From positions 2,418,001 to 2,482,000 of the forward strand of contig JADEYG010000007.1 in NCBI GenBank assembly GCA_016906335.1: DNA of 64,000 nucleotides, written 5' to 3'. This DNA comes from Novakomyces olei (lineage: Eukaryota). A program made the translations under genes and the position numbers. Below are positions 1-12,889 of this stretch, in pieces (within the stretch, counting starts at the first letter, position 1; each line of letters begins with the position of its first letter). The notes below the pieces were generated by a model. It worked only from the letters and a program-made list of their open reading frames with translations. It was not told the DNA's origin and searched no databases.

Positions 1-668
1 TCGGTTGAAGCAACGGTAAAAACCGTGTCCAAAGACAAATTTGCTTCCTGCTTTCCAGGCTTAAAAGCAACCGATCCTGCAATCCTGGATAGTGCATGCT
101 CCCAGATCATGACATATTGGAGTAGCGCTTGCAATGTAAGAAAGAATTCTAGAGACGAAAGAGGCTAGAGAAGATTGGGCTTTATGATCTAATCTTATGG
201 CAGAATACGTTTAATGAAATCATGCGCGAGAAAGACATGGCTACAAAGCTAAAGAATTTTGATGATATTTTGGATACAGCCAAACGAGAATCGCAAACCG
301 ATCAGGTGTGCATGAAAACGTATGCTTTATTTCATTCGTGGACAGCCCACTAACGATAAAGGCCGTCAAGCATGCCTCCAGACGATATTGTTAGATCACA
401 TTTGTACCCGTCAAAGCTTCGCGAACTACAAAAGCTGTGTAGAGAGCTGGAAGAGCTCGGTAGAGTCAATGCAGCTTTAGCGGTGGAATTGCAAGAGCAA
501 TCAAGCTTAAACGACTCTGCGACGGCGCAAGTACAAAAAGTACTGGAAGATTTGGAGCAGGTGAGTTGCATGAGTAATGAGAAAGGCTAACAAATCAAGG
601 CAGTGCAAAGTGCCGCATCACTACCAACGTCCAATCTGGAAACATTGGCCGGTATGAGCCGCGATTGA
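1..668 (+). CDS. NNF1: Kinetochore MIND/Mis12 complex subunit Nnf1 (5' end outside window)
   Basis: Exons <1-135, 204-319, 362-560, 600-668 splice in frame: ...KTVSKDKFASCFP...YWSSACNNTFNEIMREKDMATKLKNFDDIL...MPPDDIVRSHL followed by a coiled coil; this matches the Nnf1 pattern. Confidence 0.75.
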
Positions 669-794
669 TGTGCCTCGCGCATGTTGCCAGTGCTTGCACA
701 CAAGCTTACTTAAAAAAACGCGTAACAAGATTACTTGTCAAAAATACTTGACAGCGTTTAAGATTACTTGCCTTCCGTACCGATATTCTGGGGT

Positions 795-804
795 AACAAA
801 GAAA
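795..804 (-). promoter_or_regulatory. TR box (TTTCTTTGTT), Ste11-type HMG-box binding site
   Basis: AACAAAGAAA on + strand, 82 nt upstream of the PRM1 ATG. Confidence 0.55.
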
Positions 805-886
805 CAGAGACGCTGTACCTATTGCGCGACAATTCATTGTCTTTTGAGCAAAGGCAAAAGGGTTAAATACGGCGGCGATTGCACAC

Positions 887-2992
887 ATGGACCCGTCGGC
901 AGAGCAGTATAAAAGCTTCAAGCCCTACCTGGGCCTGAGGGCACGCTTGTCGCAATCGCTAATAAACAAGTATACGGTTATCGCGGTATATTTAATGGCG
1001 AGACTGCTGCTTTTCAGGAAAAGCGTGCAGTCTGCGCTCGCGGCAATGTACGCCCACATGAGTGACGGGTGTGTGCAAGCTGAAAAGGCTGCCAATGACG
1101 TAGTAAACAGCCAGATTCCTGTCGCGAGAGGACTGAATAAAGGCATACAGATTATGGTCCGAAATAGTTTGGATGCCAGTCACTCTGCGCTCGACGGACT
1201 TGTCACGATCGTCCATTCGATACTCGTGTTTTTGTTTAATCTGTTTTTCGGTGAGACTTTACTTTGACCGATCGATGGCTCGGTCTGTCAAAATTGTGCT
1301 AATCGAGTAGGAACGTACATTTGCCTGTTTAGACTAGTGGCTACTGGAGGCGCTACAGCTGCAATTGACGCGTCAAAGGACGTGATTGACGCGTTTAATT
1401 CTACTATTACTCGGGTCACGAGCGATATAAGCGGGGCACTTGGCACGTTCAACGGCCGCCTTGCCTCCTTCGAGTCCAGAGTGGAAAGAGCTGCGTCTTT
1501 CTTGGGGATCGATATCAATTTGCCAAACATATCTCTGCCCGAGCTCGAGGGTCTTCGTAACGTTACAATCCCTTCAACGGTCGGTGACACGTTGCAGCGT
1601 ATAAACGTGTCAGCTGCCTTTAATAATGTATTTGACGATATTCAACAGGCAGTCGACACGCCTTTCAATATGGTCAAACAGGAGATTGGCAAGTATTTTA
1701 GCTCAGTCGTTTTTGACGCAAATTTGCTCTCTGTTCCACGACGTACGGAGCCGGCTGTTTCCTGGTGCGCCTCCAAACCTTCCGTCCACTCCTTTACGCG
1801 TGCTGGCTACTCGGTTTACGTGACCTTTATTATCCTGATTGGCGTATTTGCCGTTTGTATGGCAATTGAGACAGCCGTGATGGAAGTCTGGACTTTCTAT
1901 GCGCTCGTACGAAGCACAAACACCTTTGTGGAGACGGTTCGCTCCGACGCCAATGTCGATAGTATGTCGGTCTTGATGATTGCCCGTTCCCCGCTTTTCC
2001 ATAAAATTTCAGGCAAATTTTCACAGAGGCAGAGCCAGGAACATCGTCGTATTTTGGCCGCCTGGTTCTTTTCTTTTGCTTTCCACGCTCATGCTCTAAT
2101 TTGCCTCATGATTGGCGCAGCAGGCTTATGCATTTGCCTTGTCGAGTACCTGTTTCTCGTCAGTGTGAGGCGTGCTACTCCCAGTATCGGTGTCGACGTT
2201 GGAAAAATGGCGTCGAGTGCAGTGACAGCTTTGAATGCACAGTCCAATCAATGGGCCAATGATGTCAATGCTGCAATTGATAATCAGACGATGGAAATTA
2301 ATGCAAATTTGTTTGGCTGGGCGAGAAGTGTCACGCACTCGCTAAACACGACACTAACGATATTTACAACTTCCATAAGGGACGCGGTAAATGACACGTT
2401 TGGAGATACAGTGATAACAGACGCAATTGACGGTGTTTTGAACTGCCTTGTGTTTGCAAAAGTAGAACGTATTGAGGCTGGTCTAACATGGGTTCATGAT
2501 AGAGCTCATATAAGCTTACCAAATGTGCCCTCAAACATGCTATTGTCGGCCGTTTACGAGGGCATGAATGCTTCTAATACGACTACTCTTGCGCCGTTTA
2601 GAAACTCAACAAGTGCTAGCGCTGCTCACACAACCTCTGCAAATCTTACTCGCGCACAGGTGGACCAGATGCAGTCGCACCTTGGCCAGGAAGTCACTAA
2701 TTCTAGTGCGGATGCTCTTTATTCTGTGCTGAATACGTTTAGCAGTTCTGTGCGAGAAGAAGCCCTGCTTTCTTTTGCTTTTATACTGGCCTGGCTGCTG
2801 GTCGTATTTGCGGGTGTTTTGCGCGTTGTTGTAACCGACATGAGGTACACTAAAGAGCAAAAGGCCAGCTTCGACATGGCTCCGTCTTTATCTAGTGAGT
2901 CGGTCGAATTTGCTGAAAAATATGACTCAGTAGTGCGTCCAGCTCTTGTTTTTCGGCGTACCGGACAGCGGCATTACCAGAGCTATATCTGA
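887..2992 (+). CDS. PRM1: Plasma membrane fusion protein Prm1
   Basis: Exons 887-1250 and 1311-2992 (GTGAGA...CTAAT..TAG); PYLGLRARLSQ, GTYICL, NxxLFGW and CLVFAKVERIEAGLTWVHDRAHISLP motifs; several TM helices. Confidence 0.92.
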
Positions 2993-3899
2993 TTTTGGCC
3001 ACGTTCTCGTTAAATCATTTTAGAATAGTTGTTTACTTTGTAGTGTTTTGGTACAGGACTGATTGCTTTTCACGCTAATCAGATTTTGTTTTACCAAATT
3101 TTTTGGATAGCTTTTGCCTATTTGTTTGATAATGCGACTCGTCTTGCTTGGGTTTTTACAGCAATAGTTCATTGCCGTTTTAGTCTTGTTACCTTAAACT
3201 TGTTGAACAGTTTTCTGTTCCATCTGGCATATTACCTGTACATGCTTTTAAGCTCTTTCAAAAATCCGGTTATTAGCTTTTTCGGATCATGTTCTTTTCC
3301 TGTCACTTTTCAATCCACCAATTGTTTCGTGAGAATCTTGAATTGACTGGAAGTGCTCCCGCATTATCAGCACCGAAAATTCGTGTTGGTGATTCCTGAA
3401 CCTTACCAAAGTTTCCAGATGCTGCTTCAATTAATGTAAGCTAAAGAAACTGAGAGCGCCTCCTGTTCCCGATTTTGCTCTTACTTTTATTCTCGTATCG
3501 CCCTGTGATGTCTTTATGCGTTTGCCCTCTCTGTATGCCTTGCATTAAAAGCTTTTTTCAGGTCTCCGCACTTTACTTTCTTTAATTTAGTATTAATACA
3601 TATTTCATTGTAATTCTTCGTATTTGTATTTCTCTGCCTTATTTTCTTATTTTTTTCGAGTTATATTTTTTCGATCCTTTGATTATTTTCTCCCCCTATT
3701 CCCTTTGGTTTTTATTATTTTCATATTGTTTCCTTGTCTTAATTTTTTGGTATAATTTATTTTGCTTCTTCTTTGCTTCATTGCTTTTTTGACTTTTCTT
3801 TGGCTCTTTCATTTAGAATTTTTAAATTTGTCCCATGTTATCTTAGGTTTAAGTTCTTTTTCTTTTGCTTCTTCGAAATTTTAGCCCCTTTCCTTTTTT

Positions 3900-6800
3900 G
3901 ATTTTTTGATTTTTTGCTTTTTTTGCTTTGTTTATTTTTTGCTCTTCTGTTTATTTTTTGCTTTTTTGCTTTTTTGCTTTTTTGCTTTTTTGCTTTTTTG
4001 CTTTTTTGCTTTTTTGCTTTTTTGCTTTTTTGCTTTTTTGCTTTTTTGCTTTTTTGCTTTTTTGCTTTTTTGCTTTTGCGATTTTACTTTTTTGCCTTTT
4101 TTGCTTTTTTTCCTTGGTTTTTTTTTTTGCTTTTTTGCTTTTTTGCTCGTTTGCTTTTTTGTTTTTGCGATTTTACTTTTTTGCCTCTTTCTTTACTATT
4201 TCATTTAGGTTCTTTGTGTTTTTGGTCCCCCTGTTCCCTTTAGTTTTAGTTCTTTTTTTTTGCCTTTCGGCCTCTTTGCGTTTTTGCTTTTTTGCTTTTT
4301 TGCTTTTTTGCTCTTTTGTTTTTTTTGCTTTTTTGCTTTTTTGCTTTTTTTCCTTGGTTTTTTTTTTGCTTTTTTGCTTTTTAGCTTCTTTGCTTCTTTG
4401 CTTTTTTGCTTTTTTTGCTTTTTTGCTTTTTTTCCTTGGTTTTTGTTTTGCTTTTTTGCCTCTTTCTTTACTATTTCATTTTGATTCTTTGTGTTTTTGG
4501 TCCCCTTGTTCCCTTTAGTTTTAGTTCTTTTTTTTGCTTTTTAGCTTTTTAGCTTTTTGGCTTTTTTGCTTTTTTGTTTCTTTGCGATTTTACTTTTTTG
4601 CCTCTTTCTTTGCTATTTCATTTTGGTTCTTTTTCTTTTTGGTTCCCTTTTTTTGCTTTATTGCCTTTTTTGCTTTGTTTATTTTTTGCTTTTTAGCTTT
4701 TTTAGCTTTTTTTGCTTTTTTGTTTTTGCGAATTTACTTTTTTGCCTCTTTCTTTACTATTTCATTTTGGTTCTTTGTGTTTTTGGTCCCCCTGTTCCCT
4801 TTAGTTTTAGTTCTTTTTTTTGCTTTTTAGCTTTTTAGCTTTTTGGCTTTTTTGCTTTTTTGTTTCTTTGCGATTTTACTTTTTTGCCTCTTTCTTTGCT
4901 ATTTCATTTTGGTTCTTTTTCTTTTTGGTTCCCTTTTTTTGCTTTATTGCCTTTTTTGCTTTGTTTAATTTTTGCTTTTTAGTTTTTTTTGCTTTTTTTG
5001 CTTTTTTTGCTTTTTTGTTTTTGCGAATTTACTTTTTTGCCTCTTTCTTTACTATTTCATTTTGGTTCTTTTTCTTTTTGGTTCCCTTTTTTTGCTTTAT
5101 TGATTTTTTTGCTTTGTTTAATTTTTGCTTTTTAGTTTTTTTTGCTTTTTTTGCTTTTTTTGCTTTTTTTACTTTTTTGTTTTTGCGATTTTACTTTTTT
5201 GCCTCTTTCTTTACTATTTCATTTTGATTCTTTGTGTTTTTGGTCCCCTTGTTCCCTTTAGTTTTAGTTCTTTTTTTTGCTTTTTAGCTTTTTAGCTTTT
5301 TTGCTTTTTTGCTTTTTTTTTGCTTTTTTTCTCTTATGTTTTTTTTGCTTTTTTTTGCTTTATTGCTTTCTTTGCTTTGTTTATTTTTTGCTTTTTAGTT
5401 TTTTTTTGCTTTTTTTGCTTTTTTGTTTCTTTGCGATTTTACTTTTTTGCCTCTTTCTTTGCTATTTCATTTTGGTTCTTTTTCTTTTTGGTTCCCTTTT
5501 TTTGCTTTATTGCCTTTTTTGCTTTGTTTAATTTTTGCTTTTTAGTTTTTTTTGCTTTTTTTGCTTTTTTTGCTTTTTTTGCTTTTTTGTTTTTGCGAAT
5601 TTACTTTTTTGCCTCTTTCTTTACTATTTCATTTTGGTTCTTTTTCTTTTTGGTTCCCTTTTTTTGCTTTATTGATTTTTTTGCTTTGTTTAATTTTTGC
5701 TTTTTAGTTTTTTTTGCTTTTTTTGCTTTTTTTGCTTTTTTTGTTTCTTTGCGATTTTACTTTTTTGCCTCTTTCTTTGCTATTTCATTTTGGTTCTTTT
5801 TCATTTTGGTTCCCTTTTTTTGTTTTTTGCTTTTTTTGCTATTTTTGCTTCTTTGCTTCTTTGCTTTTTTGCTTTTTTTGCTTTTTTGCTCGTTTGCTTT
5901 TTTGTTTTTGCGATTTTACTTTTTTGCCTCTTTCTTTACTATTTCATTTAGGTTCTTTGTGTTTTTGGTCCCCCTGTTCCCTTTAGTTTTAGTTCTTTTT
6001 TTTTGCCTTTCGGCCTCTTTGCGTTTTTGCTTTTTTGCTTTTTTGCTTTTTTGCTTTTTTGCTTTTTTGCTTTTTTGCTTTTTTGCTTTTTTGCTTTTTT
6101 GCTTTTTTGCTTTTTTGCTTTTTTGCTTTTTTGCTTTTTTGCTTTTTTGCTTTTTTGCTTTTTTGCTTTTTTGCTTTTTTGCTTTTTGCTTTTTTGCTTT
6201 TTTGCTTTTTTGCTTTTTTGCTTTTTTGCTTTTTTGCTTTTTTGCTTTTTTGCTTTTTTGCTTTTTTGCTTTTTTGCTTTTTTGCTTTTTTGCTTTTTTG
6301 CTTTTTTGCTTTTTTGCTTTTTTGCTTTTTTGCTTTTTTGCTTTTTTGCTTTTTTGCTTTTTTGCTTTTTTGCTTTTTTGCTTTTTTGCTTTTTTGCTTT
6401 TTTGCTTTTTTGCTTTTTTGCTTTTTTGCTTTTTTGCTTTTTTGCTCGTTTGCTTTTTTTTTTTTGCTTTTTTGCTTTTTTTGCTTTTTCGCTTTTGTTG
6501 CCTTTTTTCTCTTATGTTTTTTTTTTGCTTTTTTTTGCTTTATCGCTTCTTTGTTTTTTTTTGCTTTTTTGCCTTTTTTGCCTTTTTGCTTTTTTGCTTT
6601 TTTGCTTTTTTGCTTTTTTGCTTTTTTGCTTTTTTGCTTTTTTGCTTTTTTGCTTTTTTGCTTTTTTGCTTTTTTGCTTTTTTGCTTTTTTGCTTTTCTG
6701 CTTTTGTTGCCTTTTTTCTCTTATGTTTTTTTTTTGCTTTTTTTTGCTTTATCGCTTCTTTGTTTTTTTTGCTTTTTTGCCTTTTTTGCTTTTTTTCCTT

Positions 6801-9580
6801 GGTTTTTTTTTTGCTTTTTTGCTTTTTAGCTTCTTTGCTTCTTTGCTTTTTTGCTTTTTTTGCTTTTTTGCTCGTTTGCTTTTTTTTTTTGCTTTTTTGC
6901 TTTTTTTGCTTTTTTTCTCTTATGTTTTTTTTTGCTTTTTTTTGCTTTATCGCTTCTTTGTTTTTTTTGCTTTTTTGCCTTTTTTGCTTTTTTTCCTTGG
7001 TTTTTTTTTGCTTTTTTTGCTTTTTTGCTCGTTTGCTTTTTTTTTTTGCTTTTTTGCTTTTTTTGCTTTTTTGCTTTTTTGTTTTTGCGATTTTACTTTT
7101 TTGCCTCTTTCTTTACTATTTCATTTAGGTTCTTTGTGTTTTTGGTCCCCCTGTTCCCTTTAGTTTTAGTTCTTTTTTTTTTGCCTTTCGGCCTCTTTGC
7201 GTTTTTGCTTTTTTGCTTTTTTGCTCTTTTGTTTTTTTTGCTTTTTTTTGCTTTATCGCTTTTTTTGCTTTATCGGTTTTTTTTGCTTTTTTTGCTCGTT
7301 TGCTTTTTTGCTCGTTTGCTTTTTTGTTTCTTTGCAATTTTACTTTTTTGCCTCTTTCTTTGCTATTTCATTTTGGTTCTTTTTCTTTTTGGTTCCCTTT
7401 TTTTGCTTTATTGCCTTTTTTGCTTTGTTTAATTTTTGCTTTTTAGTTTTTTTTGCTTTTTTTGCTTTTTTGCTTTTCTGCTTTTGTTGCCTTTTTTCTC
7501 TTATGTTTTTTTTTTGCTTTTTTTTGCTTTATCGCTTCTTTGTTTTTTTTGCTTTTTTGCCTTTTTTGCTTTTTTTCCTTGGTTTTTTTTTTGCTTTTTT
7601 GCTTTTTAGCTTCTTTGCTTCTTTGCTTTTTTGCTTTTTTTGCTTTTTTGCTCGTTTGCTTTTTTTTTTTGCTTTTTTGCTTTTTTTGCTTTTTTGCTTT
7701 TTTGTTTTTGCGATTTTACTTTTTTGCCTCTTTCTTTACTATTTCATTTAGGTTCTTTGTGTTTTTGGTCCCCCTGTTCCCTTTAGTTTTAGTTCTTTTT
7801 TTTTGCCTTTCGGCCTCTTTGCGTTTTTGCTTTTTTGCTTTTTTGCTTTTTTGCTTTTTTGCTTTTTTGCTTTTTTGCTTTTTTGCTTTTTTTCCTTGGT
7901 TTTTTTTTTGCTTTTTTGCTTTTTAGCTTCTTTGCTTCTTTGCTTCTTTGCTTTTTTTGCTTTTTTGCTCGTTTGCTTTTTTGTTTTTGCGATTTTACTT
8001 TTTTGCCTCTTTCTTTACTATTTCATTTAGGTTCTTTGTGTTTTTGGTCCCCCTGTTCCCTTTAGTTTTATGCCTTTCGGCCTCTTTGCGTTTTTGCTTT
8101 TTTGCTTTTTTGCTCTTTTGTTTTTTTTGCTTTTTTGCTTTTTTGCTTTTTTTCCTTGGTTTTTTTTTTGCTTTTTTGCTTTTTAGCTTCTTTGCTTCTT
8201 TGCTTTTTTGCTTTTTTTGCTTTTTTGCTTTTTTTCCTTGGTTTTTTTTTTTGCTTTTTTGCTTTTTAGCTTCTTTGCTTCTTTGCTTTTTTGCTTTTTT
8301 TGCTTTTTTGCTCGTTTGCTTTTTTTTTTTGCTTTCTTGCTTTTTTTGCTTTTTCGCTTTTGTTGCCTTTTTTCTCTTATATTTTTTTTTTTGCTTTTTT
8401 TTGCTTTATCGCTTCTTTGTTTTTTTTTGCTTTTTTGCCTTTTTTGCTTTTTTGCTTTTTTGCTTTTTTGCTTTTTTGCTTTTTTGCTTTTTTGCTTTTT
8501 TGCTTTTTTGCTTTTTTGCTTTTTTTGCTTTTTTGCTTTTTTTCCTTGGTTTTTTTTTTGCTTTTTTGCTTTTTAGCTTCTTTGCTTCTTTGCTTTTTTG
8601 CTTTTTTTGCTTTTTTGCTCGTTTGCTTTTTTTTTTTTGCTTTTTTGCTTTTTTTGCTTTTTCGCTTTTGTTGCCTTTTTTCTCTTATGTTTTTTTTTTG
8701 CTTTTTTTGCTTTATCGCTTTTTTGCCTTTTTTGCTTTTTTGCTTTTTTGCTTTTTTGCTTTTTAGCTTTTTTGCTTTTTTGCTTTTCTGCTTTTGTTGC
8801 CTTTTTTCTCTTATGTTTTTTTTTTGCTTTTTTTTGCTTTATCGCTTCTTTGTTTTTTTTGCTTTTTTGCCTTTTTTGCTTTTTTTCCTTGGTTTTTTTT
8901 TTGCTATTTTGCTTTTTAGCTTCTTTGCTTCTTTGCTTTTTTGCTTTTTTTGCTTTTTTGCTCGTTTGCTTTTTTTTTTTGCTTTTTTGCTTTTTTTGCT
9001 TTTTTTCTCTTATGTTTTTTTTTGCTTTTTTTTTGCTTTATCGCTTCTTTGTTTTTTTTGCTTTTTTGCCTTTTTTGCTTTTTTTCCTTGGTTTTTTTTT
9101 TGCTTTTTTGCTTTTTAGCTTCTTTGCTTCTTTGCTTTTTTGCTTTTTTTGCTTTTTTGCTCGTTTGCTTTTTTTTTTTGCTTTTTTGCTTTTTTTGCTT
9201 TTTTGCTTTTTTGTTTTTGCGATTTTACTTTTTTGCCTCTTTCTTTACTATTTCATTTAGGTTCTTTGTGTTTTTGGTCCCCCTGTTCCCTTTAGTTTTA
9301 GTTCTTTTTTTTTGCCTTTCGGCCTCTTTGCGTTTTTGCTTTTTGCTTTTTTGCTCTTTTGTTTTTTTTGCTTTTTTTTGCTTTATCGCTTTTTTTGCTT
9401 TATCGGTTTTTTTTGCTTTTTTTGCTCGTTTGCTTTTTTGCTCGTTTGCTTTTTTGCTCGTTTGCTTTTTTGCTCGTTTGCTTTTTTGCTCGTTTGCTTT
9501 TTTGCTTTTTAGCTTTTTTCTCGTTTGCTTTTTTGCTTTTTAACTTCTTTGCTTTTTTGCTTTTTTTGCTTTTTTCTTTT
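3900..9580. repeat. T-rich satellite built on (GCTTTTTT)n with higher-order blocks
   Basis: Pure 8-mer runs (about 3955-4075, 6025-6445, 6590-6695) interleaved with longer modules that recur. Confidence 0.97.
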
Positions 9581-10342
9581 CCAGGCTTTCCTTTTAACGT
9601 TAATTGCGTTTGTGTTTTTTCCGATAGATTCAACAATAAAGTCTTGGCTGTTTTGGAAAACGCCTTCGCAAATACTTCTCTTCAAATTTTTCTCTAGGCC
9701 TCTAACAAAAAGACGCACATCCGTAAAAATAAATCAGCTTCGTGCTGCCAGTATGCTGGTCTTTCGTGTGCTTGTTGTGGATGCATGTCTTTATGAATAC
9801 TGGCAAAGCGATGCGATGCAGGTGCTGTGGTGAGTACATAGTGAGTTTTTTCGGATCTTTAAGGTCCAATCCACAAAATTTGACTCTAATGAGGCCCTGA
9901 TTTTGTCAAAAGAGCCGGTATTATACTTGGCATGTACGTTGCCAGAGTTCTTTCTCTTCAATAATCAAGGAACTTACTTCTAGGTATCATCTAGATCGTG
10001 TTGAATAAAAGGCATCTCGTGATGCTCAACACCTTCCAGCTTTAGAGACTTTGGTCCCAATTATTTCATGCTGCGGACAAATCTAGAGGAGATTGGGCTT
10101 GTTTGTGCTCGCCATTCGCGACCACGACCACAAGCGCGCTGTCCATGTTCCTAGACTTTTAGCAATCGTTCGCTATAAAGACTTGAGCTTGAGGCAAAGT
10201 GATAGAGGTGATAGAGGAACCTTGAGTTCGAGGTATATATATATATATTAAGAATCGCCTCAAATTGAAAAGGCCCCAGGTCCTGAATTGTAAAAAGTGC
10301 CTCACGTAACTCAGACAGGTATGACGGATTTAGGTATGTAGG

Positions 10343-10515
10343 TCCTGTTTCTGTGATCATTTCCTTATATTACTTGTAAAGATAACTGCATAGATCCTGT
10401 TTCTGTGATCATTTCCTTATATTACTTGTAAAGATAACTGCATAGATCCTGTTTCTGTGATCATTTCCATATACTACTAGTAAAATATAACTGCATAGAT
10501 CCTGTTTCTGTGATC
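10343..10515. repeat. 52-bp minisatellite, about 3.3 copies
   Basis: TCCTGTTTCTGTGATC... units start at 10343, 10395, 10447 and 10500. Confidence 0.9.
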
Positions 10516-10967
10516 GTTCGCTTCTGTAATCATTCGCTATTCATGTCACATTTAAGACCATCATAAAATGTCAGAAAACTTCTATCGCCATAAAGATGGC
10601 ATTTTTATCCCATTGTGAACAGCTCTGCGAAGAACTTGATGTTTAGCAGCATGCATTTAGTTGAAGTTTATTATGCATGTTCGCAACGCGAACGCGAGTA
10701 GAAGGAAACATTTGGCCACGGTCTTAATTAGCATACAGATGGATATATGGGGCCAAAAATATTAATGTATAAGTGATTGCTCAATACATAGAAAAGACTG
10801 ATAGATTATTCAGATGTACACTTTTGCGTCCAACTTGTATGAGATATGGAAAACGAACGTTTATTTTTTATTTGGGCCATATTCTCGATAATAATTTAAC
10901 TCTTGCACACTGCTTCTTGTAGTCTTTTGTAGGTTTTAGTAGAATCGACTCGACAAGAATAAATTGG

Positions 10968-11278
<311 letters not shown>

Positions 11279-11326
11279 ATATACTCATAAAAATATCCTA
11301 AAAGCATTCCCACGTCTGCCTGCGCA

Positions 11327-12889
11327 ATGAAGGCGGCTTTACGCCTGTTCTTATTAGCAATAGCGCTGGTAGCAACGGGTTTCATTGTGGTACGATCAAC
11401 AGAACGAGGTCTGACACAAGATCCTTATGGGGCGCTTCAAGACTCTGTCCAGTCTATAAGAGCAAGAGGCCGTCAATTTGCAGATCGATTTAAGTCTCAA
11501 GTAGAAGGCGACCTTAAATCTTTGCCATCAAGTCCTCATCGGCGGCGGATCTTTACTTACTTTGATGGCGGTTGGGCTAAAGACGTTTTCCAAACAAAGC
11601 TCGAGCTATTATCAGTATGGCGCAGAGCAATATACGCTGCCGGATTCGAACCTATGGTAGTCACGGGCAAAGATGCAAAGCGGCATGGCCGCTATCACGA
11701 AATCACTGCGGCCATGAAAGGCGTCTCCACAGAAGAATATTTAGGAATAATCGCAGTTGCTCAAGCGGGAGGTGAGATCTTGATGGATTTTGATCTAATG
11801 CCGATGGGAGAATTGCGAGACGAAACTCTGGGTTTTTTGAAGAAGGGGACGTTTGATAAATTGGCAGTTTACAGTCCGTTTAATAGTAAACTGATTACAG
11901 GGAACACTGCTGCTTTTGAGCGGCTGATGGAGGCCTTTGCCGGTCGGCGTTCACGCAAACAGGAATCATTATCGCCCTTGCATGAATCTTTTGCCTCTTT
12001 TTTTGAGGTTAATAGCAGCATTCCGGGCAACGGCCTTGCCGCCTACAATGAGGAGGCGGTAAAGCAATTGTACCCGGACTTGAAGGCGCAAGATCTGCCA
12101 GAGCTCGTCAATGCTCACATTCATGAAAACTTTTTACGCACTCGGCCTGACGGAATCGAGGTTTTAGACTTGAATTTGGAGGCACGAAACAGCCGTGTGC
12201 TGACAAATTACGCAGAGTATATGGTGCGGCAAATTGCAAAGTGCCCAGACAGTCCTCTGCCGAAATCCTGTCCGCCTAATAACCCTAAATGCGATCCCTG
12301 CTATCGGCTAAAAAGCTCAAACGCAATACGGAAGCGCCAGTCTCTGGCTCAGGGCAGTGAGGACGCCAGTTTTACTATAGCAGTCGTGCCTCATCCTTAT
12401 GTTTATTTGGCTTTGCTCTACAAACGCAGCCAGTTTACTCCCAGTTTTATCGTTAGAAGCACGGAAAAGAACCGTTGGTTACGTGTTGCTGGTGATTCTA
12501 CCGACGAAGCTGACAACGGACCGCAGTATTTCAATAAAAAAGTTAAAAGCATGGCTCTGCCCTCAACAACCGAGCCTTTCACATGGTTCTGGGTCACGTG
12601 GGAACAGCTGGAGCGGTACGATCATTTGAGTGCACTTTTAGGGTTTAAGATAAAGATGGACGCGGGCAACCCTTTGCTTCGGTACAATAAAGGAGAATTA
12701 AAATCGCTCAGTACTCTGCAGGAGGCAACCGATAAAATTGTGCGGGCCGCTTGGAAGCGAGACGAGACCTGTGAACAGATTGAGAAATGGAATCTCGAAG
12801 ATTACGATTTATGGCGGTTTCTCCGGGCTATTGCCGTACGTGAAAGTCGTGAACTCAAGGCAGTCGGCCTTGATTCAACAGGGGTTTAA
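11327..12889 (+). CDS. Uncharacterised fungal type II membrane/secretory protein, possibly glycosyltransferase-like
   Basis: 520-aa intronless ORF; N-terminal signal anchor; WRRAIYAAGFEP; GGEILMDFD resembles a DxD motif; Cys cluster CPxSPLPxSCPPNNPKCxPC. Confidence 0.8.
   Translation: MKAALRLFLLAIALVATGFIVVRSTERGLTQDPYGALQDSVQSIRARGRQFADRFKSQVEGDLKSLPSSPHRRRIFTYFDGGWAKDVFQTKLELLSVWRRAIYAAGFEPMVVTGKDAKRHGRYHEITAAMKGVSTEEYLGIIAVAQAGGEILMDFDLMPMGELRDETLGFLKKGTFDKLAVYSPFNSKLITGNTAAFERLMEAFAGRRSRKQESLSPLHESFASFFEVNSSIPGNGLAAYNEEAVKQLYPDLKAQDLPELVNAHIHENFLRTRPDGIEVLDLNLEARNSRVLTNYAEYMVRQIAKCPDSPLPKSCPPNNPKCDPCYRLKSSNAIRKRQSLAQGSEDASFTIAVVPHPYVYLALLYKRSQFTPSFIVRSTEKNRWLRVAGDSTDEADNGPQYFNKKVKSMALPSTTEPFTWFWVTWEQLERYDHLSALLGFKIKMDAGNPLLRYNKGELKSLSTLQEATDKIVRAAWKRDETCEQIEKWNLEDYDLWRFLRAIAVRESRELKAVGLDSTGV

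Noticed and set aside
3000-3600. Possible exons flanking the satellite (also 9585-10300)
   Set aside because: Only short frames, with no recognisable protein after trial splicing.
4200-9300. CRISPR-like array suggested by a recurring module
   Set aside because: The intervening sequence is itself repetitive and irregular in length; eukaryotic context; no cas genes.
3906-9718. Long Phe/Leu/Cys/Ala ORFs (up to 602 aa) and Lys-rich antisense ORFs
   Set aside because: Open in all frames because the satellite lacks stop codons; no protein-like complexity.
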